64,000 nt of DNA from the NCBI GenBank assembly GCA_046075565.1, contig JBJTQJ010000124.1:10953-74952 (forward strand), written 5' to 3'. This DNA is from Verrucomicrobiales bacterium. Its GTDB lineage: Bacteria; Verrucomicrobiota; Verrucomicrobiia; Verrucomicrobiales; SLCJ01. This document shows, in pieces, positions 43,189 to 53,400 of the stretch; within the stretch, counting starts at the first letter, position 1; each line of letters begins with the position of its first letter. The notes under the pieces were generated by a model. That model saw nothing but the letters and a program-made list of their open reading frames with translations, had not been told where the DNA came from and ran no database searches. The translations under genes and the position numbers were made by a program.

Positions 43189-45921
43189 TCAGGAGGTCGC
43201 AGGACGGGCCGGGATACCGATGGCGGTTTCGAGATCCCCCTGCAGGCGTCGAAGGGCGGAGGGATCGGTGAGTTTGTTGCCGCCGGGCAGTGTGGTATAA
43301 AAGGTATCGATGGCGGCGCCCTTGGTGGTATTGATGCGGGCGTGGTCGACTTCGAGGCCGGCGCGTCCGAGCGTGCGGAGCACATCGTGGAGCAGGCCGA
43401 GACGGTCGAGGGCTTGGATTTCGATGAAAGTGGCACGGGGGTCGACATCGTTGTTGATGAAGACGCGCACCGGGAAAGCGGGCAGGCGAGGGTCGGGAGT
43501 TTGGCGCCGGCTGGCACCCTTGCCGATGAGTTCTTCGGAATCGTAATCGTCGGTGGTGAAGATGCGCTCGAGATCAGCATTGAAGTTCTTCAAGGTGCGC
43601 GGGTTGGTAACCGGTTCCCAATTGGTCGTGCAGACGCGGAAGACGTCCATGGCGAGATCGTCGCCACGGGTGAAAATGTCGGCGGCGAGGATGTTCAGGC
43701 CCTGGGCGGAAAAACACGCGCTCAGGCGGGCGAGCAGGAGCGGGCGGTTCCAAGAGACGACGATCACTTTCGAGCAGCCTTCGTCGGGACGATCCTCCCA
43801 GAGTACGGCCGGCACGATGGCAGCCTGACCGCCATCGCGCACTTTGGTGAAGAATTCGCGGAAGACTTTCAGGTGAGTGCTGATGGTGTCCGCCTCCCGT
43901 GTGCGTAAGTAACGCTCCGGCATGAGATGGAAATGGACATCGATCTCGCGGGCGTAACTTTCCGGCAAGCGGCGCGTCACCTCCTGTTTGAGATTCGGGT
44001 CCGCGAATTCGAGGCGACGGCGGAAGGCTTCCTGATCCTCAAGGTAGGAGAGGGTATGCTGGTAAAGTTGGCGCATGAGCGTGGCCTTCCAGCCATTCCA
44101 TGATTCCTCGGAGGTGCCGTTGGCGTCCGCGTAGGTGAGCAGATAGAGATATTTGAGCGTATCGGCATTGCGCACGATGGAAGCGAACTCGGCGATGGTA
44201 TTCGGGTCCTCGAGATTTTTCGTGGTGGCGGTTTTCCAGAAGCTCAAATGGTGGTCGACGAGAAAGAGCAACCGGCGGCGGCGGAATCCGGAGAGTTGGT
44301 GCCTGCTGCTCAGGCGGGAGGCGAGCACGGCAGAGGCATCCTCGTGGTGGCGGGCGTTTTCGGCGCGTCCGGTGTCGTGTAGGAGCAGGGCTAGGTAGAG
44401 AATGAAGGGATCTTCGATTTCCTGGAAGAGATTCCGGAAGGTTGAAAGGGCAGGATCCGTCGTGTCGGCGAGCGTGTCGAGCATGTCGATGGTGCGCAGG
44501 GTGTGCTCGTCGGCGGTGTAGCGGTGGAAAAACTCGTGCTGGACCAGACAGTCGAGGCCGCCGAACTCCGGAAGATAACGACCGAGCACACCCACACGGT
44601 GCATTTGCCGAAGGGTGCGGCCAACATCGCCGCTTCGTGAAAGGATAGCCTCGAAGGTGGTGCGCGCCGCCTTGTTGTATCTGAAGGATTTGTCGATCAA
44701 TCCGTAGCTGGATTCGATCAAGTCTTTCAACTCGGGGGCGAGGCGCAGGTGACGGAGTTGCGTGTGCTGGAAAAGGCGGATGAGACGATGGGGATCTTCT
44801 TTGAACACGCGGGTGTTTACGGGATAGCAGCGACCATCCTCGTGGTAGAAGCCATCAAATTCCTCGCGGGTCGGGCGCTTGCGGGCGAGGAAAGATATGA
44901 TGCCCCGTTTGCGGGTGCGGCGCACGCGTTCGATGTCGAAACCTTCGAGGATCTGCGAGGTGATCTGCCGGATGCAACGCGTGTGGCTGTAGTAATCCCG
45001 CATGAAGGCCTCGCATCGCCGGACCATGGTTCGCTGGGGGTATTTGAAATCGGTGGCCACCACTCCCTGCAGATAGAGGGTTAGCACATCGCGGGCGCGG
45101 CCTTCGGCATAGTGCAGGGAGTTGCGCACGCGCAGGACGAATCCGTAGGCATTCTGGAGTTGTTTGTAAGCGGTGGCCGTGAGGAGCCCGCGATCGACGC
45201 ACATGCGGAGATCCGTGCCTCCGAGTTTCACGAAGGCCGTCCAGACAGCGTTGTGATAGTCGCGCAGGCCACCGACGCCGTTTTTCACGTTCGGTTCCTG
45301 CACGTAAATGGTGCCGAGTTGTTTCTCGTGCCGATCTTTCAGGTCCTGCAAGCGGTTGTCCAGATAGATATCCTCCCGCCCTTTGATGCTCTTCTTGCGG
45401 AAGGCGGCCATGAATTCGTCATAGATTTTCGTCTCCCCGCAAATGGGGCGGGACTCGATGTGGGCGGAGAGGGTTTGGAAGTCGCTGTTTCCCTGGCTTA
45501 TGGCCTCGGGGATGTTGCGCACGGCGTGCCCGAGTTTGAAGCCGATGTCCCAGAGCATATAGAGGATTTCCTCAATGGCTTCTTTGAGCCGCGACGAGGG
45601 TTGGGCCATCTGGTGGAGGAAAAGCAGGTCGATATCGGAATGGGGGTTCAGCAGGCCGCGTCCATAGCCTCCGGTGGCAACCAGGGCGAAGGGGGGGCAG
45701 GGAGCGGCTCCTTGCGTGCCGGCGGCGGCATGTTCATAGAGAGCGGTCAAGATGGCGTCTAACAGGCGCGCCCTCGCCCCGGCCACTTCGATGCCGCCCG
45801 CCCCGCCGTTGTGTTTCATGCGGATGCGCTGCTCTTGCACCCGCAGGTATTTTTTGTAAGCCGAAACCGCCTCCTTGCGGTTCAGGTTCTGGCGGGAGGG
45901 TGGCGGTGGCAGTTTGAGCAT
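43189..45921 (-). CDS. glnD: [Protein-PII] uridylyltransferase / uridylyl-removing enzyme
   Basis: ATGGYGRGLLNPHSDIDLL, EPNVKNGVGGLRD, HRYTADEH, LLHDTG (HD domain), two C-terminal ACT domains (NRPLLL, DRLGLL). Confidence 0.95.
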   Translation of the reverse strand: MLKLPPPPSRQNLNRKEAVSAYKKYLRVQEQRIRMKHNGGAGGIEVAGARARLLDAILTALYEHAAAGTQGAAPCPPFALVATGGYGRGLLNPHSDIDLLFLHQMAQPSSRLKEAIEEILYMLWDIGFKLGHAVRNIPEAISQGNSDFQTLSAHIESRPICGETKIYDEFMAAFRKKSIKGREDIYLDNRLQDLKDRHEKQLGTIYVQEPNVKNGVGGLRDYHNAVWTAFVKLGGTDLRMCVDRGLLTATAYKQLQNAYGFVLRVRNSLHYAEGRARDVLTLYLQGVVATDFKYPQRTMVRRCEAFMRDYYSHTRCIRQITSQILEGFDIERVRRTRKRGIISFLARKRPTREEFDGFYHEDGRCYPVNTRVFKEDPHRLIRLFQHTQLRHLRLAPELKDLIESSYGLIDKSFRYNKAARTTFEAILSRSGDVGRTLRQMHRVGVLGRYLPEFGGLDCLVQHEFFHRYTADEHTLRTIDMLDTLADTTDPALSTFRNLFQEIEDPFILYLALLLHDTGRAENARHHEDASAVLASRLSSRHQLSGFRRRRLLFLVDHHLSFWKTATTKNLEDPNTIAEFASIVRNADTLKYLYLLTYADANGTSEESWNGWKATLMRQLYQHTLSYLEDQEAFRRRLEFADPNLKQEVTRRLPESYAREIDVHFHLMPERYLRTREADTISTHLKVFREFFTKVRDGGQAAIVPAVLWEDRPDEGCSKVIVVSWNRPLLLARLSACFSAQGLNILAADIFTRGDDLAMDVFRVCTTNWEPVTNPRTLKNFNADLERIFTTDDYDSEELIGKGASRRQTPDPRLPAFPVRVFINNDVDPRATFIEIQALDRLGLLHDVLRTLGRAGLEVDHARINTTKGAAIDTFYTTLPGGNKLTDPSALRRLQGDLETAIGIPARPATS

Positions 45922-46064
45922 GGCGGTTCGGGGAATTCATCGCGCCAAGACGGGCTTTCGGCAAGAGCGGGATCGTTTCACCTGTCCCGGTGCGGGTCAG
46001 GATTCCATTTGTAGGGTGGATTCCGGTGAAACAAGCCGGAGCCCCCAAACGTAGCAAGGCCGCC

Positions 46065-47798
46065 ATGATTAGGAAGTTTAAGCGCACATTCTATTTGCTG
46101 GGCATGCTGGCCCTCCTTGCCCGCATCCCGGCGGATGCCGCGGAGGAGCTAACCTATCCGGCCAAGGATTTCGCCAAACTCGACACATTCGAGGGCTTGA
46201 ATCTGGAGGACGCGGACAAATTGTTCACCAAAGGCGATTTCGCGGGCGCTTTTGCCGCTTACAAGGCCTATGCGGCGGAGTTTCCCAAAAGCAAGGCCTC
46301 GTCCTACGCCATGCTGAGGATGGGACGCTGCCTGCACAAACTCGACAAGCGTAATGCCGCCATCAAGGCCTACCAAGACGTGGTGGATTATTACCCCGAC
46401 GATGTGCCCTTCGCCGCCGCCGCCCTTTACCACATCGGCGAATGCCACGGCCAGAATGGAGAGGAGGCCAAAAAAAGCTCCGTCTGGGCCAAGATGGTCA
46501 AGGACGACGGCTACGTGACCCAGCCGAATTCGGGGACGGCGCTGGCCTATCTCGGAACCGCCATGGAAAAAGCCGGGAAATTCGAAGAGGCTGCCGAATA
46601 CCAATGGCGGACGGCCGTGGCCTTCCTCAAGAGTAACCCGACGGCGGCGGCCACCGCCCGGGAGGCCGTGCTCGTCCATTTCGCCACCCGTGCCCCTAAC
46701 CACGAAAAGCTGAAGGAGTTCTATGTGGCCGCCAGTGGCTTTGATGGCAGGGGTGACAAAACCACCCTACCGGAAGATGACCCGAGATACTGGATCACGG
46801 TTCTTTCCCGGGTGCTGAAAATGGAAGGTGATGCGGCGGTCAGGGAACAGGCTTGCGCCTACTGGAGCGCGAAAATGGGTGACCGATTCGTCGAAGAGGA
46901 TGGCCTCCGAAAACTCTGGTTCGATGCCCAGTTCGCCACTGAAAAATCCAAGGAGTCTTGGGTGGCGCGGATGGAAAAACAGTTCAAGGCCAAACCCGCC
47001 ACCATGGATCGTGTTCTCCAATGGTGCGACTTCTACCCCAAATCAGAGGCCGAGTTGCGGTCCGCGTTTTTTGCTGCCCAGGCCAAGGAACTTCTGGGCG
47101 GGCTCAAACCGGCGGAAAAAATCCAACTGGTTAACCGGCTCGGCCACCCGCTTGGCATGCCGCAAGAGGCGCGAATGGTATTGGCCACGATCAGCCCGGA
47201 GGGCATGGACGACCAGACTTTGCGCGACCTCGCCTTCGCCGCCGCCGCCCATGAGCCCGAGGATGGTGTGCTCCGGTATTTTTCCCGGATGAAGGACCCG
47301 GTCTTCGCGGCCAAATCCCGCTTCGATTATTACCGGGATCGGAGCCATAGGAACAATCCATTCAAGGAGAAGGCGCTGGCGGAAATCCCCGCGCTCCAGA
47401 AATCCCCGCAGTATGCCGGCCAGGTCCTGAGCTGGGAGCAGGGGCAGTTGTTGCACGGGCTCGGGCGCTATGAAGAGGCCATCAAGGCCTACCGCGCGTC
47501 TAACAAGGAGCCTGAGGCCAGTTGGGAGATTGCCCAGTGCCTCGAAGGCCTGAAACGTTTTCCCGAAGCCATCAAAACATATCAGGAACTCGAATCCGTG
47601 GGTGGCGGCACCGCCTCCCGCGCCGCTTTGGAAATTGCCAATGTTTACCTACGCGGCGGCGACAAGGGCAAGGAAGTAGATCAACTCCGCATCGTCCTTC
47701 GCCGCTACCCGAAAAGCACCCAGTCCAGCGAAGCCCACACCAGATTGGAACGCTACGGGGTAAAGTTGATCGGCGGCGAAGCCGAAGCCTTGAAATAA
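46065..47798 (+). CDS. Secreted tetratricopeptide-repeat protein (BamD/YbgF-like repeats)
   Basis: Signal peptide; repeats such as AEFPKSKASSYAMLRMGRC, DYYPDDVPFAAAALYHIG, RRYPKSTQSSEA. Confidence 0.8.
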   Translation: MIRKFKRTFYLLGMLALLARIPADAAEELTYPAKDFAKLDTFEGLNLEDADKLFTKGDFAGAFAAYKAYAAEFPKSKASSYAMLRMGRCLHKLDKRNAAIKAYQDVVDYYPDDVPFAAAALYHIGECHGQNGEEAKKSSVWAKMVKDDGYVTQPNSGTALAYLGTAMEKAGKFEEAAEYQWRTAVAFLKSNPTAAATAREAVLVHFATRAPNHEKLKEFYVAASGFDGRGDKTTLPEDDPRYWITVLSRVLKMEGDAAVREQACAYWSAKMGDRFVEEDGLRKLWFDAQFATEKSKESWVARMEKQFKAKPATMDRVLQWCDFYPKSEAELRSAFFAAQAKELLGGLKPAEKIQLVNRLGHPLGMPQEARMVLATISPEGMDDQTLRDLAFAAAAHEPEDGVLRYFSRMKDPVFAAKSRFDYYRDRSHRNNPFKEKALAEIPALQKSPQYAGQVLSWEQGQLLHGLGRYEEAIKAYRASNKEPEASWEIAQCLEGLKRFPEAIKTYQELESVGGGTASRAALEIANVYLRGGDKGKEVDQLRIVLRRYPKSTQSSEAHTRLERYGVKLIGGEAEALK

Positions 47799-47805
47799 TC
47801 TTTAA

Positions 47806-47947
47806 AACCACGAATGGACACGAAGGAACACGAATAAGAAAACAAAAACCGCATGTTTACCAAAGAAACTTCGCTCGCTCGTTTTCGTAGTTTTCATTGT
47901 CTTCTAACCTTTTGAAAATTCGTGCCCATTCGTGCCCATTCGTGGTT
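47806..47947. mobile_element. Gene-less (MITE-like) cassette with the same inverted repeats as GxxExxY cassette B
   Basis: AACCACGAAT-GGACACGAAG-GAACACGAAT, an ~82-bp AT-rich spacer, then ATTCGTGCCC-ATTCGTGCCC-ATTCGTGGTT. Confidence 0.72.
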
Positions 47948-47985
47948 CCGTTCCCGTCCATCTCCTCTCACTTTCCCGCCATCCA

Positions 47986-50373
47986 ATGAAGCCAATCCCA
48001 TTCTCCCCATCCCGTCGCTCCATAAGCCGGAAATCTTCCCCACATCTTGTGCTGGGAACCGCCCTTGGTTGCTGGTTGTCCGTGGCCGCGCCAGGCATGG
48101 CCCAGGAAGCCGCCACTGAACGTCCGCGGGCAACGGCGGAGCTCGATCGCGAGGCCAAACAACTTTATGATCAGGCGATCGAGTTGATGGATTACAAACA
48201 ATATGATCGCGCCGTCGCCATGCTGGAAACCGTGGTGCGCGACAACCAGGGCAGCTTGATCGCCTACATGGCCCACATGGCCATGGGCAAACACCATCTG
48301 GATCAAAACAAGGAGAAAGAAGCCCTCGACCATTTTCTCCTGCTCACCCGCTTGCTTGCTCCTGTTCCCGGCGAACAACAATCACCGGAACTGCGCGAAC
48401 TCTTTAACGAGGCGCTTTTCCAAGCCGGATTCAGCCATTACAAGGCCGGTCAATACGCGGCCGCCTTCCCGCTCCTGCGCCGCTTGACCGAAGTGGCGGG
48501 GAAAACCAAGTGGGCGAACCAAGCCTACTTCTACATCGGGATGAGCCACTACAACCTCAAGAACTGGAATAAGGCCATCGATTCCTTGTCTCTGGTGGGC
48601 ACCGAAGTCGAGGACACCGAAGAAGCTGCCGACGATCTCGGGCGCATCGAGATTGGACAAAGGTTCTATTCGAAGATCGTGGACGCCGACGTCCCGATCA
48701 TGCGCAAGCTCAATGTGGCGGTCACGGCCAAGGTCACGGTTTCCAGCGGCGATGCGGAAACCATTACCGGCACTCCGGTGCCCGGCAAAGCCAATGAAAT
48801 GCTCGCTTCCGCTCCAACCGTGCTCGGCGAAGCGAAGCCGGGCGATGGAGTTATCCAGATGCTCGGCGGCGATACCCTGACCGTTGTTTACGTGGACGAC
48901 AGCACCCAGGACGGACAGAAAGGCATCGAGCGTGTCGGCAAGGTCCGCGCGGTCAGCACCGGCACCGTCGGCTTTTTCCTTGGCGACAACTCCACTCCCG
49001 CCTATCTGGCGTATCCCGGCCAGCCGCAGGTCGTGATGCTGCGCGATGCCGATCTCGACAAATCACCCGCCGCCGAGCAAACCACGCTCACCATCATTTC
49101 CCGTTACAAGGTAGAATCGGAGGAGCCGGCCGAGAATGCCGACGCCCTCGATATCTTCGCCCTCGACGATGCCAACAAGGTGTCGTGGAAAGAACGGGAC
49201 CGCGTGACCATCAAACTGGTGGAAACCGGCGAAGGCCCGCAGATCCGCTCCGGCGCGTTCCTCGGGAAAATCGACCTTGCCCCCGTCGTCCCGGGAGCCG
49301 AACCCGATACCGCCGATGCCTTGCTCACTTGTGACGAACTCGACGAGTTGCTCGTCACCTACACCGATGATGTCCACCTCTATGGCGATGAATCCCGCAC
49401 CAGCGAAGCCAAGATCAAGGTCGCTGGCTCGGTGAACTCGGGCGTGACCGCCGATCAATACGTGGTCTTCGAGGAACAACTCAAGGCGCGCAAGGGTTCG
49501 GTGGAAGCCGAGGCACTCGTCGGCCTGGGAGCCATTTACAAGGACATGGGTCTCGACCAACGGGCCTCCATGCGCGCCAAGGAGGCCCTCGACAAAATCG
49601 ATCCCATCATTCTCAACCGGAGCAAACTCCCCGGCGAATTGGTGGAAAATGCCTTCCGCCTCAAGTGGGAAAGCGAGCTGCTCAAGAACGACTTTGCCGC
49701 CGCCACCGCCACCTGCCTTGCTTTCAACCGCCTTTATCCGGAATCCGTGCTCGCCGACCAGGCCTTGATGACGCTCGGGCGCAGTTTGGCTGATAAAGGA
49801 GATTTCGCCCAGGCCGTTGGTGTTTATGGCCGGGTGCTGCAACTTCAGAACCCGATCTCGGCCGCCGAAGCCCAGTTCCGCATCGGCGAAACCTTGCAGA
49901 AGGAAGCCGAGGAAAAGGCCAAGGCCGCCGATGCCCACAACAGCAAATGGGGAACCGCCGGACTGGGCAAAACCACGCTGCAGAATATGATGAGCCCGGC
50001 CATCGCCGCCTACCGCAAAACCTTCCAGACCTATCCGGAAAGTTCCTATGCCGCGGAGGCCCTCGGGCGGGTGGTCCGATATTTTGTCGAGAGCGAGGAC
50101 TACGCCCAGGCGGTCGAGCTACTGGAGAGTGTCTTCAATGATTTCCCCGACGCGGCTTTCCTCGATGAGATGCTGTTGCTCTGGGCCAATGTCGGCTTCC
50201 GCATGGGCGACATGGAACTGGCCAAAGGCAAACTCCGCCAGCTTCTCTTCGAGTATCCCGCAAGCAACCATGTGGAGGAAGCGCGCAAGCGGCTCGCCTG
50301 CATGGAAGCAGGCAGTGCCGATGCCCCGACCGGGGAGGCTGGAGCCGCCGCCGGTGCGGGAGCCAAGGAATAA
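47986..50373 (+). CDS. Secreted TPR protein with central beta-sandwich-like modules
   Basis: Signal peptide; N- and C-terminal TPRs (YPESVLADQAL, YPESSYAAEAL); central DADLD...ETG..RSGAFLG module. Confidence 0.8.
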   Translation: MKPIPFSPSRRSISRKSSPHLVLGTALGCWLSVAAPGMAQEAATERPRATAELDREAKQLYDQAIELMDYKQYDRAVAMLETVVRDNQGSLIAYMAHMAMGKHHLDQNKEKEALDHFLLLTRLLAPVPGEQQSPELRELFNEALFQAGFSHYKAGQYAAAFPLLRRLTEVAGKTKWANQAYFYIGMSHYNLKNWNKAIDSLSLVGTEVEDTEEAADDLGRIEIGQRFYSKIVDADVPIMRKLNVAVTAKVTVSSGDAETITGTPVPGKANEMLASAPTVLGEAKPGDGVIQMLGGDTLTVVYVDDSTQDGQKGIERVGKVRAVSTGTVGFFLGDNSTPAYLAYPGQPQVVMLRDADLDKSPAAEQTTLTIISRYKVESEEPAENADALDIFALDDANKVSWKERDRVTIKLVETGEGPQIRSGAFLGKIDLAPVVPGAEPDTADALLTCDELDELLVTYTDDVHLYGDESRTSEAKIKVAGSVNSGVTADQYVVFEEQLKARKGSVEAEALVGLGAIYKDMGLDQRASMRAKEALDKIDPIILNRSKLPGELVENAFRLKWESELLKNDFAAATATCLAFNRLYPESVLADQALMTLGRSLADKGDFAQAVGVYGRVLQLQNPISAAEAQFRIGETLQKEAEEKAKAADAHNSKWGTAGLGKTTLQNMMSPAIAAYRKTFQTYPESSYAAEALGRVVRYFVESEDYAQAVELLESVFNDFPDAAFLDEMLLLWANVGFRMGDMELAKGKLRQLLFEYPASNHVEEARKRLACMEAGSADAPTGEAGAAAGAGAKE

Positions 50374-50405
50374 GGAAGCGAGCGAACCCTTCACCCGCAC
50401 ATCCG

Positions 50406-53400
50406 ATGGGACGACTTCCTTCATCCGACAATCAACCCCCGAGCCCACCTGCCGCCGCAAGGAGACGGCGGAGGACGGGAATTTTCCCCCTGCTCCCCGG
50501 TCTAGCTATCGGGTGTATGGTATTTGTTAGCCCATCTCCGGCCGGGCCGTTTGAGGAACGCCGTGCATCGGTGGCGCGAGCCGTGGAGATCCAATCGGAG
50601 GCCGACATGGCTGCCTTGCTCCAGGCCGGGCTTGACGAGAACCTGCCCGCGCCCGCCATCATGCTGGTCCGCCAGTGGATGCGCCAGAATCTTCCCAAGG
50701 ATGCCCGGATGCTCGGTCTGGCCGCCCGCGCGGCCCAATTGAGCGGCGATGCCAAGGAGGCATCCGCGCTTTACCAGCAATTCCTCAAATTAGCCGATCC
50801 AAAATCCGCCGAAGCAAGTGACGCCATCACCGCGCTGCATGGACTTCTGCTCAACCAACTCGCCGATCCCGGCACGGCTTACGCCTTCGCGCGCGCCGAA
50901 GCGGAACGTCTGGCCGTCAATCCGCGCTTCCGCCAATATGATCGCTGGTTCCTCGATCTGGCCAAGGAGCGCCAGGACGCCGAAGGTGTGGCCATCCGTT
51001 TGTTAGCCATCATCAAGGCGGGTGCCCCGCAGGCCGAACTGGTAACTTTTTATGACGGCGACTTCCGCTGGTTGCTCGAGACCGTTGATGGTTATGTCGA
51101 TCGTCCGGGTTCCATTCCGCTGACCCAGGATCTTTTCGATGCCATCACCGAACTTGCCGCCGTCATCAAACACGATGAGGAAATGAAACTCCGGCTCGAT
51201 TGGGCGGCGTCCGTCAAAGCCTACAATCTTTCTTTGCTTGGCGACGATACCAAGCGGGTCGGGAAAAGAAAACGCAAGCAGGGACCCGCGGCGGAAACGG
51301 AGAAGCTCGAACCGACCGCTGCTCCCATCGCCGAGGCAACCGCGCTTTTGACGAAGTATCCCGGCCATGCCAAGTGGGTGCAGGATGGATGGGCCGGCGG
51401 TGGCAATGGCCCATACTACCGGGGCGACCCCAAGAAATATTGGACACCCGATATCGATGCGAAGATGGCCCCCATCCTCGCCGCTTTTCCGAAGCTGAGC
51501 CCACTTCAACAAGCCGATCTTTTGCAATCATGGAAACCATCAGCCTACTCCGGTTTCCCTGATGTCGGCTCGGTCAAGGCCGTGCGCGATTTCCTCGCCG
51601 CCAACCCCGCATTGATGAATAGCCGCGATGGTTTGCTCATCCTGGACAAGGAGTGGAACAAATTAACGCCGGAAGAGGCGCAGCAAATGGCGCCGTCTTT
51701 GGAAAAGGCAACGGATCCAAGGGCTTCGTTGATTCGGTCCATCGCGGCAGGGGGCAAGGACTTGGACAAGGTGATGGCCGCCTTGTTAGGACCGGAGGTC
51801 TGGCGCCTGGGGCCCAACGAATTGAACGGCCCATATGCCGATCTCCTTTGGCATTACTGCGGTCGTCCGGGCGAGGCGGCCAAGCGGGACGCGGAGATTG
51901 CCAAGGCCAAGGCGCTGGCCGCCACCTTCGCCGCCGGCGATGTGAAAAAGGAAGACCCGGCCGACAAACGTCTGGCCGCCCTTCGCATGCTCTGGGTTGA
52001 TTTTAAATCGTCCCAACCGAAAATCCCGGCTGTTTTCACCCGCCTGGTTGCCGTTTTGAAGGTCACGCCGGAAGCGGTGCCGGAATTGCTCAAGGATGCG
52101 AGCCCGGAAGCGCAGATCCTCGTCCGTGACGCCCTTGCAGCTGGATTGCAGGACACTACGGGCATACTGGAACGCGATGACCGTGCAAGGGGCATTTCCT
52201 CCTCGGTTTACAGCCCTTGGTTTTCGCGTCTGATCGCACTCCATGGTGGCCTTGAACGTTTGAAGCAAAGCAGGAAGGAATGGATTGCGCCCCATCCGAT
52301 GGAACCGGCGCTCCGTGCCGCGTTGGCAGCGCAACTGCCACAAGGCAAAGTCGAGCCATGGTTGGTCATGGCTTGGATTAACACGCAGTTTCCCGAAAAC
52401 AATGCCGAGTCGGTGAAGTTGATGCAGACGCTCTTCCAATCTCCGGTCTGGAAGACCCTGCCCACCGAAGCCCGCTTTGCCGCCCGCTCATGGTTCAAAG
52501 AAAACGCCATGACTCCAGCTGAATGGGCGCTCGTGCAGAGCTGTGATCCTGCCAAGCTTTCCCAAGCCTTGCTCGCTCTCCCCAAGGAAGCGGATACCGC
52601 GACCACCGTGGCCGCATTGAAATCCACCATCGAAGCGTTGACGTCCGCGCCGATGCGGGTGGAAATCCAGGGCCTTGAGCAACTCGCCGCCGTGAGCGAC
52701 GAGGTCTTCACCGCTCGGGAAGTCCAAGCGCTCATTCTGGAACTGGTCGATTCGCTCCATTCCTTCGAACCGACCAGAGCTTTCGGTGACCGGCTACTGG
52801 CCCACGCCCTCAAACAAGCCGACACCGCCGCCTTGCTGCGTTTGGCTCCCTATCTCTGGCGGCAAGTTGAAAGAGTGGCCAACCACCTCCCGACGATGCT
52901 CGCCCGCATCGACTCGCTCGCCGATGACCAACCGTCCGCCGCCAATGCCCTCGCCAGCACCGGCTTGGGCACCATCGATCGTTATCGCACCGGCCACTTG
53001 TGGTTCAAACGCGAGAGCGATGTCCCTCGCTTGCGCGCCGCCCGCAGCAAGACCGCCGTCAAACTCGGCCTCGTGGTCATTCCCGTCACCCCCGATGATC
53101 CAACCTTTCCGGTCTATCAATCCCAAGCCGACTGGCTGAACGACAACGAGGACAGCGCGTGGAATCTGCTGGACGCCAATTGGGAGCACTTCCTCAAGAT
53201 CCATCGCGAGTTGTCCTTTGGATACCAAATGTGGACACTGCGCCGGACCATCATCGCCCGCGACGACCTCCGCCAGGAAGCTTTGATCAAATCCCTGCGC
53301 GGATGGAGCAGCGAGCCCGGTTGCCCGCTGACGGCGGTGGAAAAAGCCATGATCGAAATGGCCTACGGCGACATCGCCGTGCAACGCGGACAACTTCCCG

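Noticed and set aside
47790-47960. Target-site duplications around the GxxExxY-type cassettes
   Set aside because: No matching direct repeats are visible outside any of the three cassettes, so a DDE-type insertion mechanism is not supported.
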